Of a stretch of 64,000 nucleotides of DNA, positions 21,898 to 30,936 are shown piece after piece; the stretch's first letter is position 1; every line of letters begins with the position of its first letter. The DNA is taken from IMG/VR virus record IMGVR_UViG_3300034073_002585, positions 1-64,000 of that record. One strand, written 5' to 3'. This stretch comes from a virus. Under the pieces are notes generated by a model, which saw only the letters and a list, made by a program, of their open reading frames with translations, had not been told where the DNA came from and ran no database searches. The translations under genes and the position numbers were made by a program.

Positions 21898-22505
21898 TGC
21901 ATTACTTTGTTGGTTGAGTAGTCCCAGAAAAGCGGCACATGCCACTTGGTACCGTTTTCAGTTGCATCAACTCCATGCTCATATGTTGACGGAAATATTG
22001 CAATTGAGCCTGCAGATGGCTCTAGCAAAATGTTTTGTTCTGGGAAGTAAACACTTCCCCCAGAAAAAGAGTCATTTAAATATATAACTAAGCTATATCT
22101 ATAGTCTAATCCAGGTCCAGCGTCGATATGGTTGCCTAGACCAGCGCCACTCCTATACTCTCTTATCTGAAATCTTTTCACTATATCTGGCGTGTCTTGT
22201 ATCTGAAATGCTACTGAAAAGTCGTCTATAACTTCTTTAACTGAGTCCACAATCGGGGAAACAATCGAGTCTCGTATCAAAGAATCAGCAGTAAAAATGT
22301 CTTGATTCTGTCCCTCTGGATACTCTATGTCTACTTTGTACCCCCTAAACTGCCCCGCTTGATTCCATTCGTGGAGTTCTGTCATCAGTGGTCTAGTGGC
22401 TAAATTTGATTCTAGAGCTAGAACTGATTCAATTATGGTCTGTGGATTCTGGACTACGTTTTTATATAAACGTATTTGATTCCCGTAGTCGACAATTTCT
22501 AACAT
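21894..22505 (-). CDS. 2OG-Fe(II) oxygenase, prolyl-4-hydroxylase-like
   Basis: HID, SLVIYLNDSFSGGSVYF, PSAGSIAIFPS, HGV. Confidence 0.88.
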   Translation of the reverse strand: MLEIVDYGNQIRLYKNVVQNPQTIIESVLALESNLATRPLMTELHEWNQAGQFRGYKVDIEYPEGQNQDIFTADSLIRDSIVSPIVDSVKEVIDDFSVAFQIQDTPDIVKRFQIREYRSGAGLGNHIDAGPGLDYRYSLVIYLNDSFSGGSVYFPEQNILLEPSAGSIAIFPSTYEHGVDATENGTKWHVPLFWDYSTNKVMH

Positions 22506-22541
22506 TAATCAATAATATCAGGTTTAGTATAATTAAAATTT

Positions 22542-23240
22542 ATGGACGCCCCTACTAATAAAGCACTACTCTATGCACGTGTATCAACGCAGATGCAGGT
22601 GGAGGATGGAGTGTCCCTGGGTGCACAAGAAAGACAGCTGATTCAGGCAGCTGAGATGTATGGGTTCACCGAGCACGAAGTTGTGCTGGAAGAGGGACGC
22701 TCTGGGAAGAACGTGAGCGGACGACCGAAATTAATAGACGCCCTTAAGCAGTTAGATGAAGGAAAAGCAGACGCCCTTATTGTGACCAGGATTGACAGGT
22801 TGGCTAGGTCAACCAAGGACTTTCTTGACATCGTGGATAGGGCTGGCAAGAATGGGTGGAGGCTCATTATGCTGGACCTAAACCTAGACACATCTACGTA
22901 TCAGGGGAGATTTGTAGTGACAATCATGTCGGCGCTCGCTGAGATGGAGCGAGGCATTATCGCTGAGCGTGCTAAGGATATACACAAGGACCGCCGAGAG
23001 CAGGGTATAGTTTGGGGTAAAGATATGGGTCCGAGGCCTATGTACCCGCCGCAGGTTAGAGAGCAACTTTTGATTCACAGAAACAGAGGTTTATCATATC
23101 AAGCAATTGCCGACACGCTGAATGTGAACGGGGTACTTGCGCCAAGAGGCGGAACATGGTATGCTTCATCTGTACGCAACGCAATAAACGCGCTTACTAC
23201 TAAGGAAGGGGACCTCGATGGCGAGGAAGAAAAAGACTGA
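22542..23240 (+). CDS. Small serine recombinase (resolvase family) with C-terminal HTH
   Basis: YARVST, SG...RP, TRIDRLARS, LAEMER..I.ER. Confidence 0.93.
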   Translation: MDAPTNKALLYARVSTQMQVEDGVSLGAQERQLIQAAEMYGFTEHEVVLEEGRSGKNVSGRPKLIDALKQLDEGKADALIVTRIDRLARSTKDFLDIVDRAGKNGWRLIMLDLNLDTSTYQGRFVVTIMSALAEMERGIIAERAKDIHKDRREQGIVWGKDMGPRPMYPPQVREQLLIHRNRGLSYQAIADTLNVNGVLAPRGGTWYASSVRNAINALTTKEGDLDGEEEKD

Positions 23241-23571
23241 GCGTGAAGTAAATAGAGTCCCAGGCTCTATTGAAAAATGGATAGTAAACACCGAAATGCA
23301 GATTAATGGTAGATACGTCGAGCCAGGTACCGAGTTAAAGATTCAAGGGGAGCGGGGACGCTTTAGGTTTATGAAGCATGTATTAGCCCCGAACGGAGAG
23401 TGGATTGATGTTTGGGGAGGGCCTAAGGGGGCGGAGTCTATTAGAAGCTTTAGGTCAGATAGGGTGAAGCGTGTACACTACAAGAACATGACAGATAAAG
23501 CCATGGCCGAAGAGTACAAAGCCAAAAAGGCTGCCATAAAGGAAGAAAATGACAACGCCCAGGAAAGTTAA
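23218..23571 (+). CDS. Hypothetical phage protein
   Basis: Coupled ORF; IQGERGRFRF...WIDVWG. Confidence 0.7.
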   Translation: MARKKKTEREVNRVPGSIEKWIVNTEMQINGRYVEPGTELKIQGERGRFRFMKHVLAPNGEWIDVWGGPKGAESIRSFRSDRVKRVHYKNMTDKAMAEEYKAKKAAIKEENDNAQES

Positions 23572-23893
23572 AGTAGCTGGTCAGACATTTAGAGTTGAAG
23601 AACGTTATCCTAAAGATGACGGCATGTTGTCGGACGGCAACTATGCATACACCCTAGACACAGGGAACTTAATCGTAATTGACAAAACTTTAGGGTTAAG
23701 TAAAAAGCAACAAACGCTGCTACATGAAGTTATGCATGCAATACGTATGGTTCATGATGGCACAAAGAAGCCAAGCAAAAAAGATGGCTATGGGACATGG
23801 GAGCACCACTTCATTGGTATCTGGGAAGCTGGACTAATGGCTTTCTTGAAAGATAACCCTGAAGTTGTTGAATGGATTACATCAGATGAGTGA
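23549..23893 (+). CDS. HExxH metallopeptidase-like small protein
   Basis: QTLLHEVMHAI. Confidence 0.65.
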   Translation: MTTPRKVKVAGQTFRVEERYPKDDGMLSDGNYAYTLDTGNLIVIDKTLGLSKKQQTLLHEVMHAIRMVHDGTKKPSKKDGYGTWEHHFIGIWEAGLMAFLKDNPEVVEWITSDE

Positions 23894-24680
23894 TAAATAT
23901 AAAACATGTGTGGTTACAGCAATGGATGCAGATTTTATTGCTCCCACAGAAGTACTGTTGCGAAGCATAGACGATAACTATAAAGGTGAGCAACAGCTTG
24001 ATGTTTACATATTGGTACCAAAAAAACTTTTGTCTTTTACATTTGTTACCCAGTTTGAAAATATAAAAATAAATTTGATTGCTCCCGTCGGGGACGATAA
24101 CGAAGAAGTATCTTTTCTAATCCATAAGATATATAATCAGACCTACAAAAATAGAATTTCTGGTGCATCTATGTATAGATTCTTTATGGCGGATGTGATT
24201 AAGAACTACAAAAGAGCCGTCTACATAGATGCTGACTGTATAATTGCAAGAGACATTGACCCGCTGTTGGAGTACCCTTTAGCTACCCCTCTGGCTGCTT
24301 TCCCTGAAGTTCAGTTAGATTACGAAGACAACCCTAGTTTTAGCGGGGCATCCTATTTTAATTCTGGGGTTATGGTAGTTGATTTAAATTATTGGAGAAG
24401 CCACAGAGTAAGTTCGCGTTTAATTGAAATAGCAAATAAGTTCACTGACTGGACTGGTGCTTCAGACCAAGATATTCTTAATGCTTTCTTTAAGCACAAC
24501 TGGACACCGCTTCCCATGTCTTACAACTATTTAATTAATATCTACAAAAATATAGATTTAAAAAATCCTTTAGTAATACACTGGGCTGGCAAACAAAAAC
24601 CTTGGCTATCTAATACGCCAGACAATAAGTGGAAGCAGTTATGGAAGAAATACAGAGCTCTAGGCCCCACTACAGCGTAG
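23886..24680 (+). CDS. Glycosyltransferase family 8
   Basis: YRF, VYIDADCI, YFNSGVMV, DQDILN, IHWAGKQKPW. Confidence 0.92.
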   Translation: MSDKYKTCVVTAMDADFIAPTEVLLRSIDDNYKGEQQLDVYILVPKKLLSFTFVTQFENIKINLIAPVGDDNEEVSFLIHKIYNQTYKNRISGASMYRFFMADVIKNYKRAVYIDADCIIARDIDPLLEYPLATPLAAFPEVQLDYEDNPSFSGASYFNSGVMVVDLNYWRSHRVSSRLIEIANKFTDWTGASDQDILNAFFKHNWTPLPMSYNYLINIYKNIDLKNPLVIHWAGKQKPWLSNTPDNKWKQLWKKYRALGPTTA

Positions 24681-25321
24681 TTATAGCAACGCCAGGTAAG
24701 GAGCTGCATCAAGGCTATGTCTCAAGCTTGGTTGAAACTTTAAAATGGTTAACTGAGCAGGGCTTAACTTATAAATGGCTCAATAAGTCGGGGTCGTTGG
24801 TCTCGACGACGCGTGAACTGACCGCGCTTGATTCGTACACTCCTGATTGGGAGACTCGAGAGATTGGACGTGGCAAATTTACCTATGACAAAATCTTCTG
24901 GATTGACTCAGACATTGGCTGGGACATTGAGCAGTTTCAAAAACTGTGGCAGTCAGACCTAGACATTGTTGGTGGTATGTATCAGACAGCTCCTGATGGA
25001 CGCGTCGCTGTAGCAAAGTTTGACTTTGACGGGATGCCAACAGTTGTGCGTGAACAGGACTTTATTTTAGAGGAGCGCAGATATGTCGAGGTGTTTGGCC
25101 TCGGCTTCGGGTTTATTGCAATGAAGAGCGGCGTATTCGAAAAGTGTGACAGGCCATGGTTCTTGATGGAAAGAATTAGATGGCCGCACCTAGAATTTGA
25201 CTTGAATGTTGGTGAGGACTATTCTTTCTGTGTGAATGCTAGACGGAATGGGTTTAAGGTTTACCTGGACTCTGAAGTAAAAGTTAAGCACCACAAAGAA
25301 ATTATCTATGAAATTAGATAA
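24641..25321 (+). CDS. GT-A fold glycosyltransferase-like protein
   Basis: IATP, FWIDSDI, GFGF, GEDYSFC. Confidence 0.75.
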   Translation: MEEIQSSRPHYSVVIATPGKELHQGYVSSLVETLKWLTEQGLTYKWLNKSGSLVSTTRELTALDSYTPDWETREIGRGKFTYDKIFWIDSDIGWDIEQFQKLWQSDLDIVGGMYQTAPDGRVAVAKFDFDGMPTVVREQDFILEERRYVEVFGLGFGFIAMKSGVFEKCDRPWFLMERIRWPHLEFDLNVGEDYSFCVNARRNGFKVYLDSEVKVKHHKEIIYEIR

Positions 25322-25325
25322 CTAG

Positions 25326-25398
25326 GGTCCCATCGTTTAGTGGCCTAGGACGCCGCCCTTTCACGGCGGTAGCACGGGTTCGAATCCCGTTGGGACTA
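25326..25398 (+). tRNA. tRNA-Glu(TTC)
   Basis: Cloverleaf; CCGCC-CTTTCAC-GGCGG; GGTTCGAATCC. Confidence 0.93.
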
Positions 25399-25399
25399 C

Positions 25400-25473
25400 C
25401 GAGACTTAGCTCAGCTGGTCAGAGCAGCGAACTCATAATTCGTCGGTCGCGGGTTCAAGTCCCGCAGTCTCGA
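25400..25473 (+). tRNA. tRNA with CAT anticodon, probably Ile2 (lysidine) rather than elongator Met
   Basis: CGAGACT/AGTCTCG acceptor; GCGAA-CTCATAA-TTCGT; body resembles Ile2 tRNAs. Confidence 0.85.
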
Positions 25474-25474
25474 C

Positions 25475-25547
25475 CCCCGTGTACTCCAATGGCAGAGAGA
25501 GCCGACTTAAAATCGGTACAGTATCGGTTCGAGTCCGATGGCGGGGA
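25475..25547 (+). tRNA. tRNA-Leu(TAA) with short variable loop
   Basis: GCCGA-CTTAAAA-TCGGT; GGTTCGAGTCC; one G-G mismatch at the base of the acceptor stem. Confidence 0.85.
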
Positions 25548-25548
25548 C

Positions 25549-25722
25549 GTGGCTAAAAGAAAAACAAAAACAGTAGACGCCCCTATTAATGTAGCGCCAG
25601 GCGAAGAGAAGCTGGTCATGTTTGGGTGGTGTTCTACGGGACATCATGATGGGTGTAGGGTAGAATTTACTGGGCATAGGTGTTCGTGTGAGTGTCACGA
25701 GAGGAAAACGGATGGCGAATAA
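25549..25722 (+). CDS. Small Cys/His-rich protein
   Basis: GTG 1 nt after tRNA-Leu; WCSTGHHDGC...CSCECH. Confidence 0.65.
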   Translation: MAKRKTKTVDAPINVAPGEEKLVMFGWCSTGHHDGCRVEFTGHRCSCECHERKTDGE

Positions 25723-25888
25723 AGGCAAGTGGGTCTCGGTTAATCTGGTTGATGGCGTAACATATGAGGGCACTTTAGAAGAAGAGATGCCGTATGGTAT
25801 TTATATCCATATCGGCGGAGACAACTCTAGATTGTCTATGTTTCCGTGGCATATTGTTGCTAGAGTCATTTATAGGGATAACATTTAG
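25712..25888 (+). CDS. Sm/Hfq-like small protein
   Basis: VSVNLVDGVTYEGTL....YGIYI...MFPWHIVARV fits the Sm1/Sm2 pattern. Confidence 0.55.
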   Translation: MANKGKWVSVNLVDGVTYEGTLEEEMPYGIYIHIGGDNSRLSMFPWHIVARVIYRDNI

Positions 25889-25896
25889 GAACCAAA

Positions 25897-26496
25897 ATGC
25901 ATGACTTTAAAAAATTTGAGGGAAGCTATAGCGGTGGACTGGGTCAAGAATCTTTTGTTTTAAATATTCTTAAAGAAAAAACTGAAGGTTACTATGTAGA
26001 GCTAGGAGCTTTTCACTCTAAAAATGGTAGTAATACTTGGCTTTTAGAGAATAAATACAACTGGAAGGGTCTTGCTCTAGATGTTGTCCCTGATTTTGCT
26101 GAAGAAATTAATCAGAATAGAAAGAACGGCTGCGTTCTAGCAGACGCCACTACGTTTGACTATCGAAAGTATTTTGAAGAAAACAACTTCCCTAAGCAGA
26201 TTGACTATCTTCAGGTGGATATTGACTCTGGGTATGACGACAAAGGAAATCCCGTAGGGAACCCAAATCAGAGCCTGCTTGGCCTAATTGCTCTACCACT
26301 GAATGTTTACAGGTTTTCTGTAATTACGTTTGAACATGACTTAATTAGTGACTATAAGGCTGTCGCTATGCGGGATGCGCAGAGAGAAATACTTGGCTCA
26401 CTCGATTACAAGCTAATACAAAAACATGCTTTTGAGGATTGGTGGGTAGACCCGAATGTTATTCCGTACCAAGAATTCAAAGAATACTTTTTCTAA
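25897..26496 (+). CDS. FkbM-family methyltransferase-like protein
   Basis: GQE.FV...GYYVELGA...SNT..LE...WKG...IDYLQVDID. Confidence 0.8.
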   Translation: MHDFKKFEGSYSGGLGQESFVLNILKEKTEGYYVELGAFHSKNGSNTWLLENKYNWKGLALDVVPDFAEEINQNRKNGCVLADATTFDYRKYFEENNFPKQIDYLQVDIDSGYDDKGNPVGNPNQSLLGLIALPLNVYRFSVITFEHDLISDYKAVAMRDAQREILGSLDYKLIQKHAFEDWWVDPNVIPYQEFKEYFF

Positions 26497-26515
26497 TTAA
26501 GTAAAGGCCTCCTAG

Positions 26516-27382
26516 ATGAGATTTTTAAACAAAGACTTTAAAGACGCAAATTCAAAACAACTTTGGGAAAGATTTTACCCAGAGCACCCGAAGGACTTAA
26601 GCCGACATGTTGATGACCCATTCAACACATATGAAATGAATGAGATGGGCCACAGGGGTAAAAACATGACTTATGGTCATGAATTAGTTGTTAGCGGTTG
26701 CTCTGTGACTTGGGGGCTTGGCGTACCTGAAGAAGCTATCTGGGGCAATTTCTTAGCTAAAATGATGGGATACGATAGCTACACAAATCTGGGCCACCGA
26801 GCTGGGTCTGTCCAATCTATAGTCTATTCTTTGATGGCATACATACATAAGCACGGCAAACCAAAACATATTTTTTGTCTTTTCCCAGACCCATACAGGT
26901 TCTTATATGCCGAAGTGAAAGGGTTTAATAGAACAGAACATAGCTTAGATACTTCCCTTGCAAACGTATTTTTACGGCCCTCCTGGGCAGACCCTATCGC
27001 TCCGTACAGTAAAGCTCCTCATGCTTTGGAAGAAGTTGTTGCTGGAGAAATGGCGGTGTTCCACTCCGCTCAGGTCATACACATGTTTACTGACTACTGT
27101 AAAGCAGCTGGGATTAATTTTTGGTGGTCTACATATAACTCTGATATGTACGACCTGATAAAGCTTAACAACTATGAGCCAATGTTCGCGAAGTATGTTG
27201 ACTATAAAACAGAATTCCCTGACGCAAAGCAGGATTGCCACCACGAACTTAGGGACCGTCATGAGCATTGCTTCTATATAGGTAGCGATGTGTACCTAAC
27301 TGGTGGCAGTCACATAGGGGTGCACGACCACGTTCACATAGCTGAAAAATTTTTTGAAGTGCACAAAAAGCACTTAAAGTAA
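26516..27382 (+). CDS. SGNH-like hydrolase/acyltransferase
   Basis: GCSVTWGLGV, NLG..AGS, C-terminal HIG...H. Confidence 0.65.
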   Translation: MRFLNKDFKDANSKQLWERFYPEHPKDLSRHVDDPFNTYEMNEMGHRGKNMTYGHELVVSGCSVTWGLGVPEEAIWGNFLAKMMGYDSYTNLGHRAGSVQSIVYSLMAYIHKHGKPKHIFCLFPDPYRFLYAEVKGFNRTEHSLDTSLANVFLRPSWADPIAPYSKAPHALEEVVAGEMAVFHSAQVIHMFTDYCKAAGINFWWSTYNSDMYDLIKLNNYEPMFAKYVDYKTEFPDAKQDCHHELRDRHEHCFYIGSDVYLTGGSHIGVHDHVHIAEKFFEVHKKHLK

Positions 27383-27386
27383 TTTT

Positions 27387-28346
27387 ATGAAAGAAAACTA
27401 TTTTTTAGAGTACGGTCCTCACTTTCAGAGGTCAGTGTTCAGCAATGAGTTTACTTCTCACCCCTTAGAGTTATCTGCTCATGTGCATGAAGATAATATA
27501 AATAGCTATAGGTTGAATGCAGACGGGTATAGGACAGACGAGTTCATCAACAACAGTGACTTAGTTGTAGCTGGGTGTTCTTTTACTTTTGGGTCTGGAG
27601 TTCCTGAAACCGCAAGGTGGGGTGCACTAGTTTCTAGCGAGCTTGGTGTCAAAGAGACAAACCTAGGTGTCTGCGCTTGGTCTACTCACGCTATTATTCA
27701 AAACCTATACGCATACTTTAAAAAGTACGGACATCCTAAAAAGCTACTATGTTTGTTTCCTGACATAACCAGGCTACCAGTCCCGCTGGTAAAAGGTTTC
27801 TGGGAATACGATGACGGGTTTATCGAAGACGATAGACAAGTAGTTAATGTCATGTTGGATAGACTAGAAGATTATTCCTATAAAGATAAGCCGAAATACA
27901 GTAAACGCCCCTACCAAGTTTTAGAAATACTTCCTGTAGAGGTTTCATTATTTTTCTATATGAAGTATATACAAATGCTGGAAGATTACTGTAGTTCTGC
28001 TGGCATTGAGTTCTACTGGTCTACATGGGATAAACCAATGACGGAGTACCTTGAAGCCAGTACGCACGACTTCAACAATCCTAACTACACATTTCACGGT
28101 CTATCTAACTACGTGCCTATGAAGTATTCGGAGTGGGAGTGGGACACCAGCCATCACGGTGGTGGGATGACTTATGGCTCGATTGTGGAAGCAAGAAGTG
28201 CATACACGAACGAATGTCACGGAGCTCTATCGGATAAGGATGACAACTTTTTTATAGGGACTGATATCGAGGGAATTGTTCACTGGGGGACACATAAGCA
28301 TATGCACATAGCGGAAAGATTTATAGACGCAATTAATGCACAGTAA
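27387..28346 (+). CDS. SGNH-like hydrolase/acyltransferase (paralog)
   Basis: GCSFTFGSGV, NLG, HWG...H. Confidence 0.65.
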   Translation: MKENYFLEYGPHFQRSVFSNEFTSHPLELSAHVHEDNINSYRLNADGYRTDEFINNSDLVVAGCSFTFGSGVPETARWGALVSSELGVKETNLGVCAWSTHAIIQNLYAYFKKYGHPKKLLCLFPDITRLPVPLVKGFWEYDDGFIEDDRQVVNVMLDRLEDYSYKDKPKYSKRPYQVLEILPVEVSLFFYMKYIQMLEDYCSSAGIEFYWSTWDKPMTEYLEASTHDFNNPNYTFHGLSNYVPMKYSEWEWDTSHHGGGMTYGSIVEARSAYTNECHGALSDKDDNFFIGTDIEGIVHWGTHKHMHIAERFIDAINAQ

Positions 28347-28355
28347 ACTTATATT

Positions 28356-28973
28356 GTGTCTGTATATACAATAAATAACTTTATTTCTAGAGATGTTGCA
28401 TCAACTGTAGTAGACATCTTGCACCCCAGGATTGTAGCCACGCCTAGGGAGCATGTCAGCTCTTCACTAGGTTGGCCTAGTCCTGCTGCTGCTGCCAAAG
28501 TTGGTACAACTGAAGATTGCTACATAGATGACTCTAAAAAGACTGTAACTGGCGTATTTATCGACATATTAAAAAAGGTGGGGGAAACTTTTGATGAAGA
28601 CGTATGTCTAGTGAATGCTTTCTACAACGTGATGCATGAGGGAGCAGAGCATTCTCTACACTGCGATAACGTGAATCTTGATGGCTCTCCCCTAGAAGAA
28701 GGTGTAGAAGAACCTAATAAATGGTCAGGGGTGTTGTATTTAAATGATTACGGAATTGATTATTCTGGAGGGGAGATTAATTTCCCTAATCAAGAACTCA
28801 CTATAAAACCAGAAACTGGAACTTTTGTATATTTTAAGACAGATGTGGACCACCCGCATGAGGTTTTAAAAGTTCTATCTGGAGAAAGAAAATGTCTAGT
28901 TGTTTTCTTTGGAGAGCTCTCTGACGTTACAAGTAATAAATACTCTTGGAATGTTTTAAATGGGGAGAACTAG
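28356..28973 (+). CDS. 2OG-Fe(II) oxygenase, prolyl-4-hydroxylase-like
   Basis: HCD, SGVLYLND...GGEINF, HEVLKVLSGER. Confidence 0.9.
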   Translation: MSVYTINNFISRDVASTVVDILHPRIVATPREHVSSSLGWPSPAAAAKVGTTEDCYIDDSKKTVTGVFIDILKKVGETFDEDVCLVNAFYNVMHEGAEHSLHCDNVNLDGSPLEEGVEEPNKWSGVLYLNDYGIDYSGGEINFPNQELTIKPETGTFVYFKTDVDHPHEVLKVLSGERKCLVVFFGELSDVTSNKYSWNVLNGEN

Positions 28974-30016
28974 TGGAGCACATAAAAGTAATACCAGAGG
29001 TTGACCCAGAGATTCCGACTGTCGGAAAGTTTTGGAGTTCGGAACATATTGAAAAAATAGATGACCATCTATATAAGATAAGCAATCTAAAGTCAGAATG
29101 CGGTATTACAGACGCCCCCACTAACTCACTAAGCGGCAACTATTACATCACTGAATATAATAATTTCTACTGGCATTTTATACACGAAGACTTAGCTGGG
29201 TATGAGGGCATAAAGCAGCACGTACCTGATTTAAAGTTGGTATTGCTGGATAGCCAGGGATTTATGGCTGGCCCCAGGAAAACTAACTCTGGGCACAAGC
29301 ATTTTCCATACTTGGAGTATTTTGCCGAACTTTACGAAATCTCCAGTATCCCCAACATAGAACATGAGAACTGGGTATTTGAAACAGTGTATTTCACTAC
29401 AAGCAGCACTGAGTTCTTATCCGACCCGAGTTTTTGGGGAGATATGTTGCCTATGTCTGTTTGGCCATCAACTCAATTCGATGATTGGGATAAATCTGTT
29501 TGGACTAACAGGTCACCCTACTCTATAGAAGGTCTCAACAAACTGACTGAAAAAATTAAAAAAGATGTGTCACTTGATAAGAGTTTGCCAAAAAAGATAT
29601 TTATATCTAGAAAAGATGTAAATAAAAGACTTTTAGAGTTGGTTGGAAAACCTGGCTATGAGCATCTAGTAGAAGAGAGACTTTTTGAGGCCGAGTTTAT
29701 AGAGAACTATTTCTCGGCTAAAGGGTACCAAGTAGTCGCGTTAGAAGATTACGACTATAAAACTCAGATGCAGATGTTTATCAATGCAACAGACGTAGCT
29801 GGTACAGTCGGAGCTGGTTTCGCTAATCTACATATGAGCAGTCCTGGAACAAAACTTTACGAGCTTCATGTAATTCCGATATATGGCTTTGATTATGGTT
29901 ATTACAAAGACTATAGAAATATTGACTATATCCCCGTAGAGCTTAGAAATCTCTCTGAAGCTAGAACTCTCAGCGAAGATGAAATATTAGAGGTGCTAGA
30001 TGGCCTCGGAATATAA
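28973..30016 (+). CDS. Glycosyltransferase family 61-like protein
   Basis: NFYWHFIHE, KKIFISRKD, LEDY...Q..MF..A...G..GAGFAN. Confidence 0.75.
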   Translation: MEHIKVIPEVDPEIPTVGKFWSSEHIEKIDDHLYKISNLKSECGITDAPTNSLSGNYYITEYNNFYWHFIHEDLAGYEGIKQHVPDLKLVLLDSQGFMAGPRKTNSGHKHFPYLEYFAELYEISSIPNIEHENWVFETVYFTTSSTEFLSDPSFWGDMLPMSVWPSTQFDDWDKSVWTNRSPYSIEGLNKLTEKIKKDVSLDKSLPKKIFISRKDVNKRLLELVGKPGYEHLVEERLFEAEFIENYFSAKGYQVVALEDYDYKTQMQMFINATDVAGTVGAGFANLHMSSPGTKLYELHVIPIYGFDYGYYKDYRNIDYIPVELRNLSEARTLSEDEILEVLDGLGI

Positions 30017-30926
30017 AACTAGATACTTTAATACTATTGAAGAAGTAGAGTTCTTCGGGTATTTGAGAAAAATCTCTAAAGATAATGCAAAGCTAAAAGC
30101 AGAGTACGACTATTGGTACGAGTTACCAGACGCCATTAAACATTTTTTTGTTCAACCATTCGGGTTTTACCTTGATGGCGAGGTTGCTTACTACTATATG
30201 GAGCACTACCAAATAAAAAATGCAGCAGAGCAAATGGTTTTTGGTGAACTTTCTGATGCCGCATTTAGTCGACTAATGAGAAAGATAGCAGATTTCAGAA
30301 AAGTTTTACCCGATGAGCCAGCTCTAGACTCTCAGGTCGATGAGAATGCAAAATTATTAGTCTTAGAAAAAACTAAGCAACGAATTGAAGAACTAAATAA
30401 AACTGCTTGGTTTAAGTCAAAATACGCTTTAGCGCTGGAGTCTTCTCAGATAACGCCTGAAATTCTTTATAAAGAGCTAGAAGAAAAATTTAATGAACAC
30501 TATAAAAGAAGAACGCTAAAAAGGATTGTCTGTTCGCATGGCGACTTAGTTTTTTCTAACATTCTTTACGATGACCGAATAAGTCTTATGAAGTTGGTAG
30601 ACCCTAAGGGTAGAGACTTTATGTTTATGGATGAGTACTATGACTTAGCTAAATTAAGTCAATCTATCAATGGTAACTACGAGGACATCATATACGGACA
30701 GTATTCTCTCAACCTAGATAGCAAAAAGTTATTCATAAAAAGGCCAGAAAATCAGACCCACAGAGCTGAATTTAAGCAATACCTCATGCAACAAAATGTA
30801 GATTTAAAGCTCCTGAGGACATATGAAGCTAGCCTGTTTCTGTCTATGCTTCCGCTACACATAGATGATTTAGAACGAGTTGCTGCTTTACTGGTAAACT
30901 GTAACAAGATATTAAAATCTATATAA
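30000..30926 (+). CDS. APH/choline-kinase-like phosphotransferase
   Basis: HGDLVFSNIL, KLVDPKG, YYDLAKLSQS, LFLSMLPLH. Confidence 0.8.
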   Translation: MASEYKTRYFNTIEEVEFFGYLRKISKDNAKLKAEYDYWYELPDAIKHFFVQPFGFYLDGEVAYYYMEHYQIKNAAEQMVFGELSDAAFSRLMRKIADFRKVLPDEPALDSQVDENAKLLVLEKTKQRIEELNKTAWFKSKYALALESSQITPEILYKELEEKFNEHYKRRTLKRIVCSHGDLVFSNILYDDRISLMKLVDPKGRDFMFMDEYYDLAKLSQSINGNYEDIIYGQYSLNLDSKKLFIKRPENQTHRAEFKQYLMQQNVDLKLLRTYEASLFLSMLPLHIDDLERVAALLVNCNKILKSI

Positions 30927-30936
30927 GGAAAATCCC

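Noticed and set aside
22542-23240. IS607-type element or invertible segment
   Set aside because: No tnpB or N-terminal MerR HTH, and I found no flanking inverted repeats
25390-25548. N-terminal half of the track ORF 25390-25722
   Set aside because: Overlaps two tRNA genes; the real start is GTG 25549
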